A stretch of 28,181 nt of DNA from Myxococcota bacterium. Lineage in GTDB: Bacteria; Myxococcota; UBA4151. Of this stretch, positions 1-10,591 are shown piece by piece. Below the pieces are notes generated by a model. The model did no database searches. It saw only the letters and a list, made by a program, of their open reading frames with translations, and was not told the DNA's origin. The number at the start of each line of letters is the position of its first letter. Position 1 is the stretch's first letter. The stretch lies in the NCBI GenBank assembly GCA_028823075.1, contig JAPKCE010000001.1:1-28181 (forward strand), read 5' to 3'. The position numbers and the translations under genes are program-made.

Positions 1-1910
<1,910 letters not shown>

Positions 1911-1930
1911 TCAAATAACGTTAGCGAATG

Positions 1931-1959
1931 TTCCTAGCGCGCACGCGTGCGCGTGTAAA
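1931..1959 (-). promoter_or_regulatory. Candidate gyrB promoter with palindromic, alternating purine-pyrimidine spacer
   Basis: The minus strand reads TTTACA (1959-1954, 5/6 to the sigma70 -35), then the 17-nt CGCGCACGCGTGCGCGC, then TAGGAA (weak -10). Positions 1938-1953 are a perfect 16-bp palindrome. The repeat is seen directly; the promoter role is inference. Confidence 0.4.
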
Positions 1960-2000
1960 GAGAAAGGGGGTATGAAAACCCGTGGCTCAAGCGCCGGCTT

Positions 2001-2618
2001 TTATAGGGTTGGGCTGCGCCAGTCACCGGGCAGCAAATGACCCATTCGATCCCGCTTAACCTGTAGATAACCAGAGGCTAAACCGTCGACGTCACAGATC
2101 AAGGGTTCGTGACTTTCTACCGTCATGCCGGCGTTCGACAAGCCGCTAATTTTACTCGGGTTATTCGTCATTAGGCGAACGGATAAAACGCCGATATCCT
2201 GCAGGATTCTGCCCGCTAATTTGTAACTACGAAGATCGTCCGGGAGGCCTAGCATGCGGTTGGCATCGACGGTGTCGGCACCTTCGTTTTGCAGAGCATA
2301 GGCCCTGATTTTATTGGCAAGGCCAATGCCTCGCCCCTCTTGGCGCAGGTACACGACAACGCCGCCTTCTTGACCGATGCGCCCAAGGGCGGTTTCGAGT
2401 TGTTCTCGGCAGTCACATTTGAGGCTGCCCATGATCTCGGAGGTGAGGCATTCGGAATGGATACGACAGAGCACTGAGCGTTGGTTGCGCACCTCGCCTG
2501 CGACCGCGGCGACATGTTCTTTGCCCTCGGCGTCTGTAAAAACGTGCAGGCGCAACGCCCCATAGCGCGTTGGTATTTCCGCTTCAGCGGGCATGTTTTG
2601 GCGTTGGTCGTCGGTCAT
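2001..2618 (-). CDS. ribA: GTP cyclohydrolase II (stand-alone RibA, ~205 aa)
   Basis: Motifs RIHSECLTSEIMGSLKCDC (Zn-binding Cys), YLRQEGRGIGLANKIRAYALQ, RLMTNNPSK and YLQVKRDRMGH. Start moved to ATG 2618 (MTDDQ), which has GAGG upstream; the track's 2675 extension has no family-like sequence. Confidence 0.93.
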   Translation of the reverse strand: MTDDQRQNMPAEAEIPTRYGALRLHVFTDAEGKEHVAAVAGEVRNQRSVLCRIHSECLTSEIMGSLKCDCREQLETALGRIGQEGGVVVYLRQEGRGIGLANKIRAYALQNEGADTVDANRMLGLPDDLRSYKLAGRILQDIGVLSVRLMTNNPSKISGLSNAGMTVESHEPLICDVDGLASGYLQVKRDRMGHLLPGDWRSPTL

Positions 2619-2682
2619 CAGCAGCCTCTTTGGGGCGCCGAGGCTGTTGCACGCCCTCGGGGGTGGCGCAATCAAAAGCCGG

Positions 2683-3273
2683 CTAGGGGACCCGAGCTAA
2701 GGTGAAGCGTAGGAGTTGCACGGTGTTAGGTTGCCCCTCAAGCAGGGCGTTGCTCGCCGCGCGAAGGGTGCTTCCGGTGGTGTAAATATCGTCGATAAGT
2801 ACCACGGGTCCTGGCGGCAGAGCCTGTCTACATACGAAGGTATCATCGGCTAGAGAGCGCCTATCCTCAGCGTTCATCGATGCTTGGGCTTTGTCGTTTC
2901 GTCGTCGTTTTAGGGCGTGAACGACCTTGCCGCCAAAACGTTTTACCAAGAGTTGGGCGATGCAAGTCGTCTGACAGCCTCGGCGCTTGAAGCGCCGTAA
3001 CCAGGGCGTGGGGACCGGGACATACGAAGCATTTTCGGGGAGCGTAAAATCGGCTTTTAAAAGCTCTGCGTAAATTGCGGGTTCGAGGGGGTGCTTGGCG
3101 CGCCTTAATAGGCTGCTGACCGCACCCTCGTAGAGGTACAGGCTCAGCAGGTCGTTTGGGGGTTCGTCTCGGCGAATAGATACCGCGCAACCGCCGCAGA
3201 TCCAGGGGTTGGAATCGGCGCGCGCTTCGTCACAATGCAAACAAATACCGCTCGGGATAAGCGCGTCGATCAA
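2683..3273 (-). CDS. comF: ComF-family protein (double zinc ribbon + phosphoribosyltransferase domain)
   Basis: N-terminal CLHC...CGGC, then YLYEG, VPVP and the PRTase loop VVLIDDIYTTGSTL. The TTG start overlaps the gpmI stop (TTGA). Confidence 0.85.
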   Translation of the reverse strand: MIDALIPSGICLHCDEARADSNPWICGGCAVSIRRDEPPNDLLSLYLYEGAVSSLLRRAKHPLEPAIYAELLKADFTLPENASYVPVPTPWLRRFKRRGCQTTCIAQLLVKRFGGKVVHALKRRRNDKAQASMNAEDRRSLADDTFVCRQALPPGPVVLIDDIYTTGSTLRAASNALLEGQPNTVQLLRFTLARVP

Positions 3274-4778
3274 GGGCGGATCAACAAACTGCGACCGCTC
3301 ATCTCGACGGGTTTATCGACGCCCATATAATCGAGAAGGGTCGGAGCTAAGTCGCTAAGCAGGCCATTATCAACAGCGGCTGCGTCCATCCCGAGTAGGA
3401 CGACCGGAACCGGTCCGGTGGTGTGTTGGGTATGCGGTTTGCCATCGGCGCTGCGCATCTGCTCGATGTTGCCGTGATCGGCGCTAATCATGACTCCGTA
3501 TCCGTGGGCTTTAGCGGCGCCAAGCACCTGACCCAGGCAGGCGTCGAGAGCCTCCATGGCGAGGATTGATGCCCTCAGATTTCCGCTGTGCCCAACCATG
3601 TCCGGATTAGCAAAATTGCAAACAATAAGGCTGAATGCTTCGCTGCTAATAGCTTCTATTAGACGTCTACTCACCTCAGGAGCGCTCATTTCGGGTTTTT
3701 TGTCGTAAGTGGGAACATCTCTTGGGCTGGGGATTAAGATGCGTTCTTCCCCATCGAAACCCTGTTCAATACCCCCGTTAAAAAAGTAGGTAACATGAGC
3801 GTACTTTTCGGTCTCGGCGATGCGTAATTGAGCGAGGCCTTGATCGGCGATAATTTCGCCCAACGTTTGCTTGGGCAAGGGCGGCTCAAATAAGCTCTCG
3901 AGCTCGAGGTCGCTTCGATAGGGCACCATGCCCAAAACGCTTGAAAGTCGCGGTAAGCGACGCGCAAAACAACCCGGCTCATTTTCGAGGGTCAGTGCGG
4001 CTGCAAATTGGCGCACGCGATCGGCTCGAAAATTCAAGAACCAGACGGCATCGCCATCTTCCATTGGTGCTTTGGTCAGGACTGTCGGTTCGATAAACTC
4101 ATCGGTCTCACCGCGCTCATAGGCATCATGGATTGCTTGCTGTGCGCTTTCGGCGCTCGCTCCTTCGCCGTCGACGATCACCGCCCAGGCGCGCTGTACG
4201 CGCTCCCAGCGTTGGTCTCTGTCCATAGCGAAATAGCGACCGCCCAGGCTCGCAAAAAACGCGCCTTTAGGCAGGCTTTCTTGAAGTTCACTGACAAACC
4301 TTAAGGCTGAATCGGGCGCCGTATCGCGACCATCGGTGAGCAAGTGAAAGGCTATTTTTCTAAGTCCTAAACGGTGGGCACAACCGAGTGCCGCTTTGAG
4401 GTGGCTCATGGAGCTGTGGATACCGCCTTCGCTAACCAGGCCGATGAGGTGCAGGGTTCGCTTTGGGTCAAGCCTGCTCGCCAAAGCCCGCAGTTCCGCT
4501 CGTTCGATCATTTCGTCGGCGGCGATCGCTTCGTCGATGCGCACCAGGGTTTGCTTGATGATGCGTCCGGCGCCGATGTTGAGGTGGCCCACTTCGGAAT
4601 TGCCCATTTGCCCTGGGGGCAGGCCAACATCTTCGCCCGAGGTGAGCACGCGGCCAGTGACGCCTGCGGCTCGTGCCGCTTTATAATTAGGCATAGAAGC
4701 CCTTGTTATGGCGTTGTCCTCGGCTGCTGAACGCTCACCGAAGCCATCGAGAATTAGTAGTAATGCAGGCTTTACCAT
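3270..4778 (-). CDS. gpmI: 2,3-bisphosphoglycerate-independent phosphoglycerate mutase
   Basis: Motifs LLILDGFG, GQMGNSEVGH (catalytic Ser), GRYFAMDRDQRWER, AETEKYAHVTYFFNGG, NFANPDMVGH and ADHGNIE. Confidence 0.97.
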   Translation of the reverse strand: MVKPALLLILDGFGERSAAEDNAITRASMPNYKAARAAGVTGRVLTSGEDVGLPPGQMGNSEVGHLNIGAGRIIKQTLVRIDEAIAADEMIERAELRALASRLDPKRTLHLIGLVSEGGIHSSMSHLKAALGCAHRLGLRKIAFHLLTDGRDTAPDSALRFVSELQESLPKGAFFASLGGRYFAMDRDQRWERVQRAWAVIVDGEGASAESAQQAIHDAYERGETDEFIEPTVLTKAPMEDGDAVWFLNFRADRVRQFAAALTLENEPGCFARRLPRLSSVLGMVPYRSDLELESLFEPPLPKQTLGEIIADQGLAQLRIAETEKYAHVTYFFNGGIEQGFDGEERILIPSPRDVPTYDKKPEMSAPEVSRRLIEAISSEAFSLIVCNFANPDMVGHSGNLRASILAMEALDACLGQVLGAAKAHGYGVMISADHGNIEQMRSADGKPHTQHTTGPVPVVLLGMDAAAVDNGLLSDLAPTLLDYMGVDKPVEMSGRSLLIRP

Positions 4779-4853
4779 GGTGGCCTTCTTGTTAGCGTTG
4801 ACCAGCCCCTACACCAGCCCTAAAGGACCGAGCCATGCATTTCTGGAGAGTTT

Positions 4854-6023
4854 ATGTCCCGCAAGCATCTTTTTACTAGTGAGTCGGTTGGCGAAGGCCA
4901 TCCTGACAAAGTTTGCGATCAAATTTCAGATGCTGTTCTCGATGCCATGCTCGAACAGGACCCGTACGCCCGCGTCGCTTGTGAGACTTTGGTTACGACC
5001 GGTATGGTCTGTTTGGCCGGTGAGATCACGACCTCGGCCTATGTCAATTTGGCTGAGGTGGTGCGCAACACCATTCGCAGGATCGGTTATAATGATCCCG
5101 CCTTGGGTTTTGACGCCGAGGGCTGCGCCGTTCTGACCACCCTCGATGCCCAGAGCGATGATATTGCCGCTGGTGTCGATTCCGGTCGCGGTCTGCACGA
5201 CGAGCAAGGCGCCGGTGATCAGGGTTTGATGTTCGGTTATGCCTGCGACGAGACCGATGCGCTGATGCCCGCTCCGATTCACTTCAGCCATCGTCTGATG
5301 GAAGGCCTCACAGCGCTGCGCAAGAGCGGCGATTTTCCCTGGTTGCGTCCTGACTCCAAGAGCCAGGTCACCTGTGCCTACGAAGATGGAGTGATTACAG
5401 GGATCGACACGGTTGTGATCTCAACTCAGCACACCGAGGATGTTAGCCACGCGCAGATTAAAGAAGCCTTGATCGACGGCTTGATCAAGCCCGGTCTTCC
5501 GGCGCATCTGCTCAGCGCCAATACCGTATTTCATGTGAACCCCACCGGGCGCTTTGTGACAGGCGGACCCAAGGGTGATGCTGGATTGACCGGCCGTAAG
5601 ATCATCGTCGACACTTACGGGGGCGTCGGCCGTCATGGCGGCGGCGCCTTTTCGGGTAAAGACCCGAGTAAAGTCGATCGATCAGCTGCTTATATGGCGC
5701 GTTATATCGCTAAAAATATCGTCGCTGGTGGCTTGGCAAAACGCTGTGAAGTTCAACTCGCCTACGCCATCGGCGTGGCTGAGCCGGTGAGCGTCTTTGT
5801 CGATCATTTCGGTACCGGCGATGCCAGCCCCGAAAGTCTTGAGCGCGCCGTGCGTGAGGTCTTCGCTTTGACCCCGGCAGGTATCATTCGCGACCTCGAT
5901 CTCCTGCGTCCGATCTACAGCGCGACCGCAGCCTATGGCCATTTCGGGCGTAAGGCAGAAAACGGCCTGTTCACCTGGGAAGCCACAGACCGCGCCGATG
6001 CTTTGGTAGCTGCGATCCGCTAA
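4854..6023 (+). CDS. metK: S-adenosylmethionine synthetase
   Basis: Motifs [37 protein letters not shown] and [16 protein letters not shown]; GGAG RBS upstream. Confidence 0.98.
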   Translation: MSRKHLFTSESVGEGHPDKVCDQISDAVLDAMLEQDPYARVACETLVTTGMVCLAGEITTSAYVNLAEVVRNTIRRIGYNDPALGFDAEGCAVLTTLDAQSDDIAAGVDSGRGLHDEQGAGDQGLMFGYACDETDALMPAPIHFSHRLMEGLTALRKSGDFPWLRPDSKSQVTCAYEDGVITGIDTVVISTQHTEDVSHAQIKEALIDGLIKPGLPAHLLSANTVFHVNPTGRFVTGGPKGDAGLTGRKIIVDTYGGVGRHGGGAFSGKDPSKVDRSAAYMARYIAKNIVAGGLAKRCEVQLAYAIGVAEPVSVFVDHFGTGDASPESLERAVREVFALTPAGIIRDLDLLRPIYSATAAYGHFGRKAENGLFTWEATDRADALVAAIR

Positions 6024-6815
6024 ATGGACCCACTTTGGGCGGCGCTTCTCGGCCTGGTTCAGGGGCTCACGGAATTTCTTCCGGTTTCGAGTTCGGGGCA
6101 TCTGGTGCTCGCCGGTCATCTGATGGGCATCCCGAGTAGCGGTTTGGTTTTCGAGTTGCTGTTGCATCTTGCTACCCTGGCTGTGGTTATTTTTTATTAC
6201 CGCGCCGACGTCGCTGCACTTTGTCTTGCGATACCTCGCGCCTTGCGTGCGCCAATTGCGGGTTACCGGGACGACGAGACCGTGCGCCTCGGTATGTTGG
6301 TGGTTCTCGCCTCGCTGCCAACCGCTTTCATAGGGCTGCTTTTTAAAGACCGCTTCGAGGCTTTGACCGAGCATCCCCAGGCTGTAGGTGTCGCCCTTAT
6401 CTGTACCGCGATAATACTCGCCATCACCCACTTTGTTCGCCCCACTGAGCGCCTCTTAGATGCGCGCATGGCCTTGTTTATCGGTATCGCTCAAGGCTTG
6501 GCGATCACCCCAGGGATTTCACGTTCAGGGGCGACCATAGCGCTGGCGCTGTTGCTCGGAATGAGTAGCCTCAAGGCGGCGCGCTTTAGCTTTTTGATTT
6601 CCATCCCGGCCATCGCCGGAGCGGCGATACTAAAACTTGGCGAAGGCGCTGCGGAACTCGATTTATGGGCGTCGAGCATCGGTTTTACTGTCGCCCTGAT
6701 CAGCGGTTATTTTGCACTGCACGCTCTGGTCGCTTTGGTTAAGGCCCGGCGCTTTGCTGCTTTTGCACCTTACTGCTTCTGTGTGGGCCTCCTCACTGTG
6801 GTCTTAGCGCCGTGA
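6024..6815 (+). CDS. uppP: Undecaprenyl-diphosphate phosphatase (BacA/UppP)
   Basis: Motifs GLVQGLTEFLPVSSSGH and PGISRSGATI, with multiple hydrophobic helices. Confidence 0.95.
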   Translation: MDPLWAALLGLVQGLTEFLPVSSSGHLVLAGHLMGIPSSGLVFELLLHLATLAVVIFYYRADVAALCLAIPRALRAPIAGYRDDETVRLGMLVVLASLPTAFIGLLFKDRFEALTEHPQAVGVALICTAIILAITHFVRPTERLLDARMALFIGIAQGLAITPGISRSGATIALALLLGMSSLKAARFSFLISIPAIAGAAILKLGEGAAELDLWASSIGFTVALISGYFALHALVALVKARRFAAFAPYCFCVGLLTVVLAP

Positions 6816-7369
6816 CTTTAGCCGCTATTGAGGCCGCCCTAAGACGTCCGGCAAACAAAGTTTTAAGCTCTGAAGGTAGGCGCCGAGCTGCTGTTTTAGC
6901 GCTTTTTGATGACCATGGATCCGAACTCCGTTTGTGGTTTATTCGCCGTGCCGAACTCGGTGATAAGCATAGCGGCCAGGTTGCTTTTCCAGGCGGGCAC
7001 CTCGAGCCGGGCGAAACAGCTCAGCAGGCTGCGCTACGAGAATGTTTTGAAGAGATTAACGTCGCCCCGGACGCGGTCGAGGTGATGGGCATTTTCGACG
7101 AGGTTTTAAGTGTTTTTGGGACCATCGTTACGCCGGTGGTCGGTCGATTGAGGCGCGCCGTGACTCCTTCGCCGGATCAAAACGAAGTCGCGCACGTTTT
7201 TTCCGTGCCTTGGAACGATCTCGTGAAGCGCAAAGGCTATCGTTTAGAGACTTGGGGCGAGCGTCAGCAGCCTCTTCACTTTTGGCAACTCGAAGGCGAA
7301 ACCATCTGGGGTCTTACCGGGTATTTTGTCGATTCGTTAATCGCTATGGAGCAAGCATATGAGCAGTAA
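6812..7369 (+). CDS. Nudix hydrolase, CoA-pyrophosphatase-like
   Basis: HSGQVAFPGG followed by the Nudix box GGHLEPGETAQQAALRECFEEIN, and C-terminal IWGLTG. GTGA overlap with uppP. Confidence 0.88.
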   Translation: MTLAAIEAALRRPANKVLSSEGRRRAAVLALFDDHGSELRLWFIRRAELGDKHSGQVAFPGGHLEPGETAQQAALRECFEEINVAPDAVEVMGIFDEVLSVFGTIVTPVVGRLRRAVTPSPDQNEVAHVFSVPWNDLVKRKGYRLETWGERQQPLHFWQLEGETIWGLTGYFVDSLIAMEQAYEQ

Positions 7370-8429
7370 ACATGCCGTTATTATGGCCGGGGGTGCTGGC
7401 ACCCGTTTATGGCCGCTGGGACGTCGCAGTCGCCCCAAACAGTTTTTACCTTTGGTCGACGGCGAGCGCAGCTTGTTGAAAGCCAGCGGCGACCGTCTGC
7501 ATGGGTTGATCCCAGAACAGCAGATTCATGTGGTTGCCGGAACCGAGCAGAAAAAAGACGCCGAAGTGGCCTTTGGTACCATGGGCGCTCGCTTTATCGC
7601 CGAGCCCGAGGGCCGCAACACGGCGCCGTGCATCGGTTTGGCTTGCGCCTGGTTGTTGCGTGCTGACCCCGACGCCATGGTCGCTATTTTACCCGCCGAC
7701 CATTGGATCAAAGACGAAGATCAGTTCCGCTCAACTTTGGCGCGGGCCTTCGACCTTGCGGCGGTGTCAGGGCGCATCGTGACCATCGGAATTGTACCCG
7801 ACCATGCGGCGACGGGTTTTGGTTATCTGCAACTCGATGGTGAAGAAAACGACCAAGGTGTTCCACTCAGCGCTTTTATCGAAAAACCAAGCGGAGCCGA
7901 GGCGAAGCGTATGCTCGCGGCGGGTGGTTATCTTTGGAATGCTGGTATGTTCGTCGCTAGAGCACGCACTTTGTTGGAGGAGATTAGCCGTCAGATGCCG
8001 AGCACGGGCAAGGCGCTCAAGCGCATCGCTGAGGCCATGGGCAGCGACTCCTACGATGAAGTTTTAGTTCGAGAGTATGCTAATTGTGAAGCGATTAGCA
8101 TCGACTACGGGGTGATGGAGAATGCCGCCGATGTTTGGGCTGTTCCGGGGCGCTTTGGCTGGAGCGACGTGGGCAGTTGGGATGCCTTAGGTGAGGTGCG
8201 TGCAAACGATGACCAGGGGAACGCCGTCAAAGGCTCGGCGGTGATGCTCGATTGCACTAATTGCGTCGTCGATGTTGCCGATGGAGTGACGGTCGCTTTG
8301 GCTGATCTCGACAATATGGTGGTTTCGGTCACCTCTGATGCGGTACTTGTTTTACCTCGAGGTTCCAGCCAAAGAGTTAAGGAATTGCTCGGTGCGCTGG
8401 TTAAAAAAGGCAGGGAGGACCTCCAATGA
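7359..8429 (+). CDS. manC: Mannose-1-phosphate guanylyltransferase (no C-terminal PMI cupin)
   Basis: Motifs IMAGGAGTRLWPLGRRSRPKQF, EPEGRNTAP, PADH, FIEKP, WNAGMF, ISIDYGVME and GWSDVGSW. Confidence 0.93.
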   Translation: MSSKHAVIMAGGAGTRLWPLGRRSRPKQFLPLVDGERSLLKASGDRLHGLIPEQQIHVVAGTEQKKDAEVAFGTMGARFIAEPEGRNTAPCIGLACAWLLRADPDAMVAILPADHWIKDEDQFRSTLARAFDLAAVSGRIVTIGIVPDHAATGFGYLQLDGEENDQGVPLSAFIEKPSGAEAKRMLAAGGYLWNAGMFVARARTLLEEISRQMPSTGKALKRIAEAMGSDSYDEVLVREYANCEAISIDYGVMENAADVWAVPGRFGWSDVGSWDALGEVRANDDQGNAVKGSAVMLDCTNCVVDVADGVTVALADLDNMVVSVTSDAVLVLPRGSSQRVKELLGALVKKGREDLQ

Positions 8430-9793
8430 AGATACCTGATCATGCATTTCGAGCCTATGATGTGCGCGGGCTCGTCGACATCGATTTAACCCCCGAATTC
8501 GCTCTCCAATTGGGTTGCGCCATCGGCACTGACATCGTCGTCGGCGGGGGCCGAACAGCCGCCGTCGGTTTTGATGCGCGCGCCAGCGGCCCGCCGCTTG
8601 CCGACGCTTTGATCGAAGGTTTATGCAGCACAGGGCTCGATGTGCGCCGCATAGGCTGCGTCGCTAGTCCTCATCTGTATCATGCTGTGGTTCAAAGCGA
8701 TTTAGGCGGCGGTGTCATGGTTACCGGGTCGCATAACCCGCCGGAATATAACGGCTTTAAGATCATGGTCGGCGGGCATAGCCTGCACGGTGATGAGATC
8801 CAAGCCTTACGCAGGCGCATTAAAAATAACGACTTCTGCGTTGCTGAGCAGCCGGGTAAGGTGCTCGCTTACGATGCGCTTACTCCTTATGCTGCCGATG
8901 TGGCGCAACGTTTGCGCCCTTTGACGCGCCCGCTCAAGGTGGTGGTCGATGCCGGTAACGGCTGCGGTGGCCTGGCGGTTCCGGTGCTGCGCGCTCAGGG
9001 CGCCGAAGTGATTGAACTTTTTTGTGAAGCCGACGCTAATTTCCCAAATCACCATCCCGACCCCACCGTTGAGGCCAACCTCGAAGACCTTAAAGTCGCG
9101 GTGGCTGAACACGGTGCTGACCTGGGTATTGCCTTCGATGGTGATGTTGATCGCATCGGCGCGGTCGATGAAAACGGTCAGGTTATTTGGGGAGATATCC
9201 TAACTCTTTTGTTCGCTCGCGCCCTGCTTAAAGAGCATCCAGGCGCGACGATTATCGGCGAAGTCAAATGCTCTAAACTGCTTTATGATGGCATTTTAGA
9301 AGCGGGCGGCAAGCCGGTAATGTGGAAGGCTGGACACAGTTTAATCAAAGCGAAAATGAAGGAAACCGGCGCGGCTTTGGCTGGCGAAATGAGTGGCCAT
9401 ATTTTCTTTGCGGACCGTTTTTATGGCTTTGATGACGCGATCTACGCGGCCGGCCGGCTGCTCGAACTGCTGTCCGAAGACTCGCGCCCCTTGTCGGCTC
9501 ACCTGGCTGATTTAGCCCCTCTCCACTCCACTCCAGAGATCCGCCGGGAATGTGCCAGCGAAGAACAAAAGTTCTCCTTGGTAGCCGCGGCCGTGAAGCA
9601 TTTTGCAGCTCAGTACCCGGTCAATGATATTGACGGCGTACGCATCGACTTCGGCGATTCGTGGGGGCTTGTTCGCGCTTCTAATACGCAACCTATTTTG
9701 GTGCTGCGGTTTGAAGCGTCGAACGCTGAACGCCTAGCTGAGGTGCGTCATCTCGTGGAGTCCGACCTGCGCATGCTCGAGGCCAAGCTCTGA
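8426..9793 (+). CDS. algC: Phosphomannomutase/phosphoglucomutase (AlgC type)
   Basis: Motifs FRAYDVRG, TGSHNP (phosphoserine loop), FDGDVDR (metal loop), GEMSGH and VRASNTQP. ATGA overlap with manC. Confidence 0.93.
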   Translation: MKIPDHAFRAYDVRGLVDIDLTPEFALQLGCAIGTDIVVGGGRTAAVGFDARASGPPLADALIEGLCSTGLDVRRIGCVASPHLYHAVVQSDLGGGVMVTGSHNPPEYNGFKIMVGGHSLHGDEIQALRRRIKNNDFCVAEQPGKVLAYDALTPYAADVAQRLRPLTRPLKVVVDAGNGCGGLAVPVLRAQGAEVIELFCEADANFPNHHPDPTVEANLEDLKVAVAEHGADLGIAFDGDVDRIGAVDENGQVIWGDILTLLFARALLKEHPGATIIGEVKCSKLLYDGILEAGGKPVMWKAGHSLIKAKMKETGAALAGEMSGHIFFADRFYGFDDAIYAAGRLLELLSEDSRPLSAHLADLAPLHSTPEIRRECASEEQKFSLVAAAVKHFAAQYPVNDIDGVRIDFGDSWGLVRASNTQPILVLRFEASNAERLAEVRHLVESDLRMLEAKL

Positions 9794-10581
9794 GTTGGCT
9801 GGGCGTTGATCTGGGGGGTACTTGGCTGCGCAGCGGTGAGGCAGAGCCCCGGCGGAGCGCAGGTCTAAGCGCCGAAACGTTGATCGCCCAACTTGCCGAA
9901 CAGGCGAAGGCCGAAGGGAAAACGGGGCTTGCCATCAGTTTTGCCGGTTGGTTGAGCGACGACGGAAGCTGCGCTGAAGCGGCGCCCAACCTCTCATGGA
10001 ACAGAACGCCTCTGAGCGCCTTGGCCGCTGATTATGGCCTCGACTGTCACCTGGAAAACGATGTTGATGCGCGCGCCTGGGGTGAATGGATAAACCGACA
10101 AAAATCCAATCCCGGCGGCGATATGCTGGTGATTAACGCGGGCAGTGGCTTTGCCCTTGGCATGGTGCTTGACCATCGGCTGCGGCGCGGAGCGAGGCGC
10201 CGTGCTGGCGAGGTAGGGCATTGGCGGCCCGGGCTTAAAGGGCGTTGCGGGTGTGGGGCGCTAGGTTGTGCCGAGAGCCTGCTTGGAGCGGCTCACCATG
10301 AGCCCTCGGACTTCGATAAAACGGCGCTTCGCCAGCGCTGGTTAGACTTGGCTGTTGCCACCCTGGCTCCGGTTATTGCCGCCCTTGACCCCGGTCAAAC
10401 CATCGCAACAGGCGGCCTTCTCGACCATCGTCCCGAGCTTCGTCTTGAGCTGCAAACCCGCTTGCGCCAGGCACTTCCTGAGGCCTGGTTTGGTGGGTTC
10501 GAGTTACTTCCTTCGGTGGGTGGTGAAGCTTTGGCTCGCCTCGGTGTACTCGACCTGGCGCGCCGGGCGCAAAAGGGTTAG
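9790..10581 (+). CDS. ROK-family sugar kinase (~263 aa; probable CTG start)
   Basis: The frame upstream of the track's TTG (9880) encodes LSWLGVDLGGTWLR, the ROK/ASKHA phosphate-1 motif. It is followed by ENDVDARAWGE, GEVGH and CGCGALGCAE. An in-frame TGA lies at 9739-9741 and there is no ATG/GTG/TTG between it and 9880. Confidence 0.82.
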   Translation: MSWLGVDLGGTWLRSGEAEPRRSAGLSAETLIAQLAEQAKAEGKTGLAISFAGWLSDDGSCAEAAPNLSWNRTPLSALAADYGLDCHLENDVDARAWGEWINRQKSNPGGDMLVINAGSGFALGMVLDHRLRRGARRRAGEVGHWRPGLKGRCGCGALGCAESLLGAAHHEPSDFDKTALRQRWLDLAVATLAPVIAALDPGQTIATGGLLDHRPELRLELQTRLRQALPEAWFGGFELLPSVGGEALARLGVLDLARRAQKG

Positions 10582-10591
10582 GCGCCGGCCT

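Noticed and set aside
4779-4853. SAM riboswitch upstream of metK
   Set aside because: The region is only 75 bp, shared with divergent gpmI, and has no SAM-I/II consensus that I can see.
5682-6431. 249-aa minus-strand ORF
   Set aside because: Antisense across metK and uppP with no recognisable motif; such shadows are expected in GC-rich coding DNA.
9813-9818. G6 tract at the ROK 5' end as a phase-variation or frameshift site
   Set aside because: It is short, encodes the conserved LGG of the phosphate loop, and the frame is intact.
10355-10591. N-terminal extension of the zinc-ribbon membrane protein given in the track
   Set aside because: It overlaps the ROK CDS by 227 nt; ATG 10592 directly precedes the zinc ribbon.
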